DNA from: Vicugna vicugna | Lineage: Eukaryota | Length of the DNA: 64,000 nt | Direction of reading: 5' to 3' | Assembly: GCA_013265495.1 (NCBI GenBank) | Contig: MU058718.1 | Location: forward strand, 992,001 to 1,056,000 | Shown: piece by piece, positions 62,401 through 64,000 of the stretch | How the letters are laid out: the number at the start of each line of letters is the position of its first letter | How positions within the stretch are numbered: the first letter of the stretch is position 1 | Program-made: the position numbers and the translations under genes | Notes under the pieces: generated by a model | Told to the model about the DNA's origin: nothing | Database searches by the model: none | Seen by the model: the letters and a program-made list of their open reading frames with translations, nothing else

Positions 62401-64000
62401 GTGGGAAAACTAGACTAAGATAAAACTCTAAGTTGAGGGACATTGTAATTATCAAAAGGTAAGAAAATGGTAGTTCCTGATACTTTGGCAAATGGCTAAT
62501 AGGTGGATTGTAGGCTACAAGACAGTATCCGGAGGGGGAAAATCAGTAGAATCTGAGGATTTAAATTAAATCCAAAGGTAGGGGGTGGTGTTTATACGTA
62601 TACACATAAGCTTGTATGTATGGGTGAATGTAGTCAAAAAGGAAAACTCCAATTTGAATATTTAGTCATTTTCAAGAAACATCTGGAGATCAAAAGAGGT
62701 CAGATGTATAGAAGAGGCTCCTCAAATGAAATGGGATGGGTATTTTGATGCATTTTTGTACCTTGAAACTGGTAATAGCAGGCTGGAATAAGTATAAGAA
62801 AAAAGGACAAGGAATTCAGTTTGTCCAGCTTTTCCACTTCCGTTCCTGTAGCTGCTGATACTGCTACACCCTGTGAAATTGCAGTTTTACTGTCTCCTGG
62901 TACTGCAGTCGGTAGACAAGGGTAGTGGTGGTGGAGAGGGTTGCCTGTATGAATACTTGTTCTGGCTTAGTTTTAACAGTCAGAATGGCACTCAAGGCTG
63001 TCATTCTCTAAGAGAAGAAAACTCTGTTTTGAATGGTAATGTGGAAAGCTCTGCATCCCCCTTAACTTGGTATCTTCAACTTGCTGTCCTTCATGAAAGA
63101 TACAATTAAGTTTGGGGACTTGCATCTTTGATTAGTAGGGATGTGCTTATCCCACTTTGGGCAAAGTGCTTAGGGATTATCCAGATGGAAAGGCTACTTA
63201 ACAGCCAGGTATTAGGGCTTAGCCTTTTAAAAATTAAAATAGCCCCACATGAGCTTTAGTTGTTTTTCTCTTACAGCCCTTGGTATAGGAGTTGCTCAGA
63301 TGTTTCTGGGTATGGGTCATGGCTTTTCAGGCAATTGGGTGGCAGAGTCTTCAGCCAAGAGTTTGGCCAACAAAGCTGCTGTGTACCTTTTATCATTGTT
63401 AGCCCTCTCTTTAGTGCCAGAACTGAAGCCTGTATTCCTTGGTTTGTACTGGAGTTAGGGCTCCCTAGCACCCTACCTGCCTGTCACAGGCTGAGTTCCC
63501 TGAGGATTTTGTACTGGGGAAACCTGCTGACCTTGGGGCATCGAGATATTGAGAAGATTCTTGCCTGTGTGGCTACCTACTTGCCATTATGAACTGGATG
63601 TAACCACTATGGAATTAGTCTTATTAGTCTGCTTTCAAGTTTTTTATAAGTTATACTTCATCTATCTATTTTTTAAAAGGAGTCTTGCTGGACATCATTC
63701 TTGTCATTTTCTATTCTTGTTTAAAATTTCAGCTCCTGGAGTTTTCCCAGCTAGAGACAGGGACTCCCTCCCTTTCTTGGGAGGGGGTCAAAAGCGTGCC
63801 CTGCTCTGGGGTTATGGCAGGTTTGCTGCTGTTGCCGTCGCTGCTTTCTTTTCAAAGGACTGCAGGTCACATGATGACTTCCAGGCCCAGTGGGGAGATG
63901 ATGTGGATAAAAGTATTTAGCAAGAGATCAAAAACTGGGCTGCACTTCTAAATGGCTTGCCTTTCAGAAAAAGTGCATTAGCCTCTCACCCACATGCGGT

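Noticed and set aside
1..64000. Naming a host or neighbouring gene
   Set aside because: No exon matching a protein I recognise; this needs a synteny/BLAT search.

Overview
Mammalian genomic DNA, very likely a camelid: it carries a near-intact tRNA-Ala(AGC)-derived SINE of the camelid vic-1 type and artiodactyl-type L1 3' ends. It contains one assembly gap (10094-10167). The window is mostly intronic or intergenic and dense with old interspersed repeats (L1M, L2, MIR, MLT1/LTR16 LTRs, hAT and mariner relics), plus several younger L1 insertions with visible target-site duplications (TSDs). I recognise no known protein-coding gene. The strongest unexplained signal is a phase-consistent three-exon minus-strand reading frame of 195 aa (21471-21326, 15731-15581, 11006-10716) that starts at a strong Kozak ATG inside a CpG-rich island. 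Two further minus-strand terminal-exon-like ORFs occur (154 aa at 46.7-47.2 kb, 235 aa at 58.8-59.5 kb). Other notable items are a GC-rich minisatellite carrying ZNF143/p53-like motifs, an ungapped ~110-bp dispersed duplication with possible conserved structure, a twin-primed L1, a 67-bp internal L1 endonuclease fragment with TSDs, a SINE with an extra 3' segment, and a strong CTCF motif. Repeat subfamily names come from recalled consensus similarity and most repeat boundaries are approximate.
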